64,000 nt of DNA, from contig JBDLKA010000006.1 of NCBI GenBank assembly GCA_039714075.1, positions 1 to 64,000 on the forward strand. Reading direction: 5' to 3'. Under the pieces are notes generated by a model, which was given only the letters and a program-made list of their open reading frames with translations, was not told where the DNA came from and made no database searches. Below, piece after piece: positions 61,074 through 64,000 of this stretch. The stretch is from Candidatus Krumholzibacteriota bacterium (GTDB lineage: Bacteria > Krumholzibacteriota > Krumholzibacteriia > LZORAL124-64-63). Numbering within the stretch: the stretch's first letter is position 1; each line of letters opens with the position of its first letter. The position numbers and the translations under genes are program-made.

Positions 61074-62132
61074 TCAGCATATCCGCGGCAACTGCTCTCC
61101 CACCGGCATATCCACGATGCGTTCGGCCCCCAGGCCGGTTTTCATGGCCACCAGCCCCGGATGATCCGCCACGACTTCGCCGATGACCGCCGCGTCCCGG
61201 CCATGTTCGTGGGCCCGCATGGCCTTTACCACGGCGTCGGCCTCGTCCCCGGGAACCACGGCGATCAGCTTGCCCTCGTTGGCCACGTACAGGGGATCGA
61301 TACCCAGGATCTCGCAGGCGCCCCGCACGTCCGGCCGCACCTTGACGGCGCCCTCGTCCAGTTTGATGCCCACTTTGCTGGCCCTGGCGAATTCGTTCAG
61401 GGTGGTGGCCGCGCCGCCGCGGGTGGGGTCGCGCAGGGTCTTGGCGCCCGGCCCGGCGGCGAGGATTGTCGTCACCAACCCGTTCAGGGCCGCGGTGTCG
61501 CTGATCACCGTGGACTGGAAGCTGAGTCCCTCGCGCACGGTCATGACCGCCATGCCGTGATCGGCCAGGGTTCCGGACAGGATGACCGCGTCTCCCGGTT
61601 CCAGGGAACCGGCCGACAGACGCACGCCGTCGGGAATGACGCCCACGCCCGAAGTGTTGATGAAGATTCCGTCGCAGCTGCCGCGGCCGACCACCTTGGT
61701 GTCGCCGGTGACGATGCGCACGCCCGCCTTCTTCGCCGCGCTTTCCATCGAACACAATACCCGGTGGAAATCCGCGAGCGGCAGCCCCTCCTCGAGCACG
61801 AAACCAACCGACAGAGCGTGGACTTCCGCCCCGCCCATGGCCACGTCGTTCACGGTGCCGTTGACCGCCAGTTCGCCGATGTCGCCGCCCGGAAAAAAGA
61901 TGGGGCTGACCACGAAGGTATCGGTGGAAAAGGCCAATCGTCCCGGCGGCAATTCGAGCACGGCCTGGTCTTCGAGCTTCTCCAGTTCGGGGCTGGCGAA
62001 GCGGGGCATGATCAGCTTGTCGATGAGGTCGGCCGACAGCAGGCCGCCGGCCCCGTGGGCCAGCTGGATGGAATCGTGGTCCATCAGCGGCAGCGGGCAA
62101 CTCATTTTGCCGAAGTCCGGGCGTTCGGTCAC
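61074..62132 (-). CDS. hypE: hydrogenase maturation protein HypE
   Basis: [31 protein letters not shown]-terminal PRIC. Confidence 0.97.
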   Translation of the reverse strand: MTERPDFGKMSCPLPLMDHDSIQLAHGAGGLLSADLIDKLIMPRFASPELEKLEDQAVLELPPGRLAFSTDTFVVSPIFFPGGDIGELAVNGTVNDVAMGGAEVHALSVGFVLEEGLPLADFHRVLCSMESAAKKAGVRIVTGDTKVVGRGSCDGIFINTSGVGVIPDGVRLSAGSLEPGDAVILSGTLADHGMAVMTVREGLSFQSTVISDTAALNGLVTTILAAGPGAKTLRDPTRGGAATTLNEFARASKVGIKLDEGAVKVRPDVRGACEILGIDPLYVANEGKLIAVVPGDEADAVVKAMRAHEHGRDAAVIGEVVADHPGLVAMKTGLGAERIVDMPVGEQLPRIC

Positions 62133-63223
62133 AGCAGGCCCTTCCTGGAGTATTTGTGGTACGCGGCGCAGGCGCCTTCGCTGGAGACCATGGTGGCGCC
62201 CAGCGGCGAGGTCGGAGTGCACTCCTTGCCGAAGGCCGGGCACTCGTGCGGCTTCTTCAAACCCTGCAGGATTTCCCCGCTGATGCAGACCTCCGGTTCC
62301 TCGGTCACGATGTCGTCGACGGCGAATTTCTTCTCCGCGTCGAAGGCCGCCAGTTCGTCGCGGATCTTCAAGCCGCTGCCGGGAATGTTGCCGATGCCCC
62401 GCCATTTGCGGTCGCAGACTTCGTACACTTCATCGACCACCGCGCGCGCCGCTGGGTTGCCTTCGGCCCTCACCACGCGCAGATACTGGTTTTCCACGCC
62501 CGGCTCGCCGCTCTCCAGAAGCTGAACGGTTTTCAGGATGCCCTCGAGAATATCCACCGGTTCGAACCCCGTCGGCACGATGGGCACTTTGTATTTAGCG
62601 GCCAGGGGTTCGTATTCCTCCCAACCCATGATGGAACACACGTGGCCCGCGGCGAGGAAACCCTGCACCCGGTTGACGGGCGAAGAAAGAATGGCCTCCA
62701 TGGCCGGCGGCACCAGCACGTGGCTGACGATCTCGGAGAAGTTGGCCAGCCCTTCGGCGGCGGCCTGCTTGACGGCCATGGCGTTGCCCGGCGCGGTGGT
62801 CTCGAAGCCCACCGCGAGAAAAACCACTTCGCGAGCGGGATTTTCCCGGGCCAGTTTCACCGCTTCGAGGGGCGAGTAGACCATGCGGACGTCGCCGCCC
62901 CGCGACTTGACCCGGAACAGGTCGTCACGGCTGCCGGGAACGCGCAGCATGTCGCCGAAGGAAGTGAAGATCACCTCGTCGCGCGCGGCGATGGCCAGCG
63001 CCCGGTCGATGGTTTCCAGAGGCGTGACGCACACCGGGCAGCCGGGGCCGTGGACCAGGGTGATCTCCGGCGGCAGCAACTGATCGATGCCGTACCGCAT
63101 GATCGCATGGGTCTGCCCGCCGCAGATCTCCATGATCACCCAGGGCCGGGTGACGGTCCGCTTGATTTCTCCCAGCAGACCCTTGGCCAGTTCGGGGTCA
63201 CGGAATTCGTCCAGGTATTTCAC
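62129..63223 (-). CDS. hypD: hydrogenase maturation protein HypD
   Basis: [31 protein letters not shown]. Confidence 0.97.
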   Translation of the reverse strand: MKYLDEFRDPELAKGLLGEIKRTVTRPWVIMEICGGQTHAIMRYGIDQLLPPEITLVHGPGCPVCVTPLETIDRALAIAARDEVIFTSFGDMLRVPGSRDDLFRVKSRGGDVRMVYSPLEAVKLARENPAREVVFLAVGFETTAPGNAMAVKQAAAEGLANFSEIVSHVLVPPAMEAILSSPVNRVQGFLAAGHVCSIMGWEEYEPLAAKYKVPIVPTGFEPVDILEGILKTVQLLESGEPGVENQYLRVVRAEGNPAARAVVDEVYEVCDRKWRGIGNIPGSGLKIRDELAAFDAEKKFAVDDIVTEEPEVCISGEILQGLKKPHECPAFGKECTPTSPLGATMVSSEGACAAYHKYSRKGLL

Positions 63224-63480
63224 GTGATGTCCTTTTCCTTGGCGTCTTTTTCCATGATGTCCGCCAGACGGCCCAGTTCACGCAGCGAGGCCTGGGCCTC
63301 TTCCTCGTTGAGCACCTGCAAGGCGAACCCGGCGTGCACGATGACGTAGTTGCCCACTTCCGCTTCGGGAGTGTACGTCAGGCAGGCCTGGTTGCGTGTG
63401 CCGGCATAGTCGATCAGGCCCATGACCAGCCCGTTCTCCTCGAAAGTTTCAAGCACCTTGCCGGGTATGGCCAGACACAT
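63220..63480 (-). CDS. hypC: hydrogenase chaperone HypC
   Basis: [15 protein letters not shown]. Confidence 0.96.
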   Translation of the reverse strand: MCLAIPGKVLETFEENGLVMGLIDYAGTRNQACLTYTPEAEVGNYVIVHAGFALQVLNEEEAQASLRELGRLADIMEKDAKEKDIT

Positions 63481-63573
63481 GGCCGCTCCATTCTGTTCGA
63501 TGCAGGGATGGTAATCGGCGTCCCGCTTCCTGTATAATAACACCCCGAACCGGTAAATTCAGGAGGATTCGAC

Positions 63574-64000
63574 TTGCGTTATCCATACTTGTTATTGGCT
63601 CTGGCGGCGCTTTGTTTTTGTGTCGGCGCCTGCAGTGACGACGACCCCGCAAGGCCCGGGGAATTCGCGGTCACCATCAAGGTTGCCGATGCCGCCGGCG
63701 ACCCCGTGGAGGGGTTGCGGGTGGGCCTGGTCAACGACACTTCGTTTCTCCCGGACGGAGCCCGGGCAGCCAAGGCGGCCACGAGCATCCGGTTTCAGAT
63801 GGCGGTTTCAGCCCGGCTCCTGTTCACCATCGAGGACATCGAAGGCCGGGAAATCCGGATTCTGGTCGACGAGGACCTGAACGCGGGCACCTACACCTTG
63901 ATGTGGGATGGTGTGGACAATGAGGGTGTTCACCAGCCTTCGGGCCGTTACACCGCTCACATGGCCGCAACGGAACTCGACACGGGCGACCTGATGTTCG
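63574..64000 (+). CDS. lipoprotein with FlgD Ig-like domain (partial, runs off the window; absent from the ORF track)
   Basis: AGGAGG RBS, TTG start, lipobox VGAC; DIEGREIRILV..AGTYTLMWDGVDNEG...SGRY. Confidence 0.82.
   Translation, partial: MRYPYLLLALAALCFCVGACSDDDPARPGEFAVTIKVADAAGDPVEGLRVGLVNDTSFLPDGARAAKAATSIRFQMAVSARLLFTIEDIEGREIRILVDEDLNAGTYTLMWDGVDNEGVHQPSGRYTAHMAATELDTGDLMF

Overview
The window appears to have two origins. Bases 1 to about 1550 look alphaproteobacterial: a promoter-preceded structured RNA candidate, a palindromic intergenic repeat, a complete 841-bp IS5-family element and a fragment of a recombinase-like C-terminus. This block is joined in frame to a truncated Ser/Thr kinase, so it is either a chimeric assembly junction or a recent insertion. 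The remaining ~62 kb is a GC-rich diderm chromosome. A C-terminal TWGxIK motif and a FlgD-Ig lipoprotein suggest Ca. Krumholzibacteriota/Latescibacterota-like bacteria (inference). It carries tex, mutM, djlA, pepF, a TonB2/3-type energiser operon, acr3, two ECF sigma/anti-sigma modules, an mntR/dtxR-feoAB locus, several two-component proteins, an amidase, glycoside hydrolases, outer-membrane barrels, a group 3b [NiFe] hydrogenase operon and hypCDE. The strongest candidates for new biology are: (1) a four-gene module of lipid-anchored TPR-CHAT protease, ECF sigma, anti-sigma and ZU5/HFS-type lipoprotein; (2) a ~180-bp palindromic element inserted in frame just after the start codon of a TPR gene; (3) a receiver-domain/DASS transporter fusion; (4) a bipartite AT-rich repeat present twice, 41 kb apart; (5) the TWGxIK putative sorting signal. 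No CRISPR array, tRNA or rRNA was seen. All calls come from reading motifs by eye; no database searches were run.
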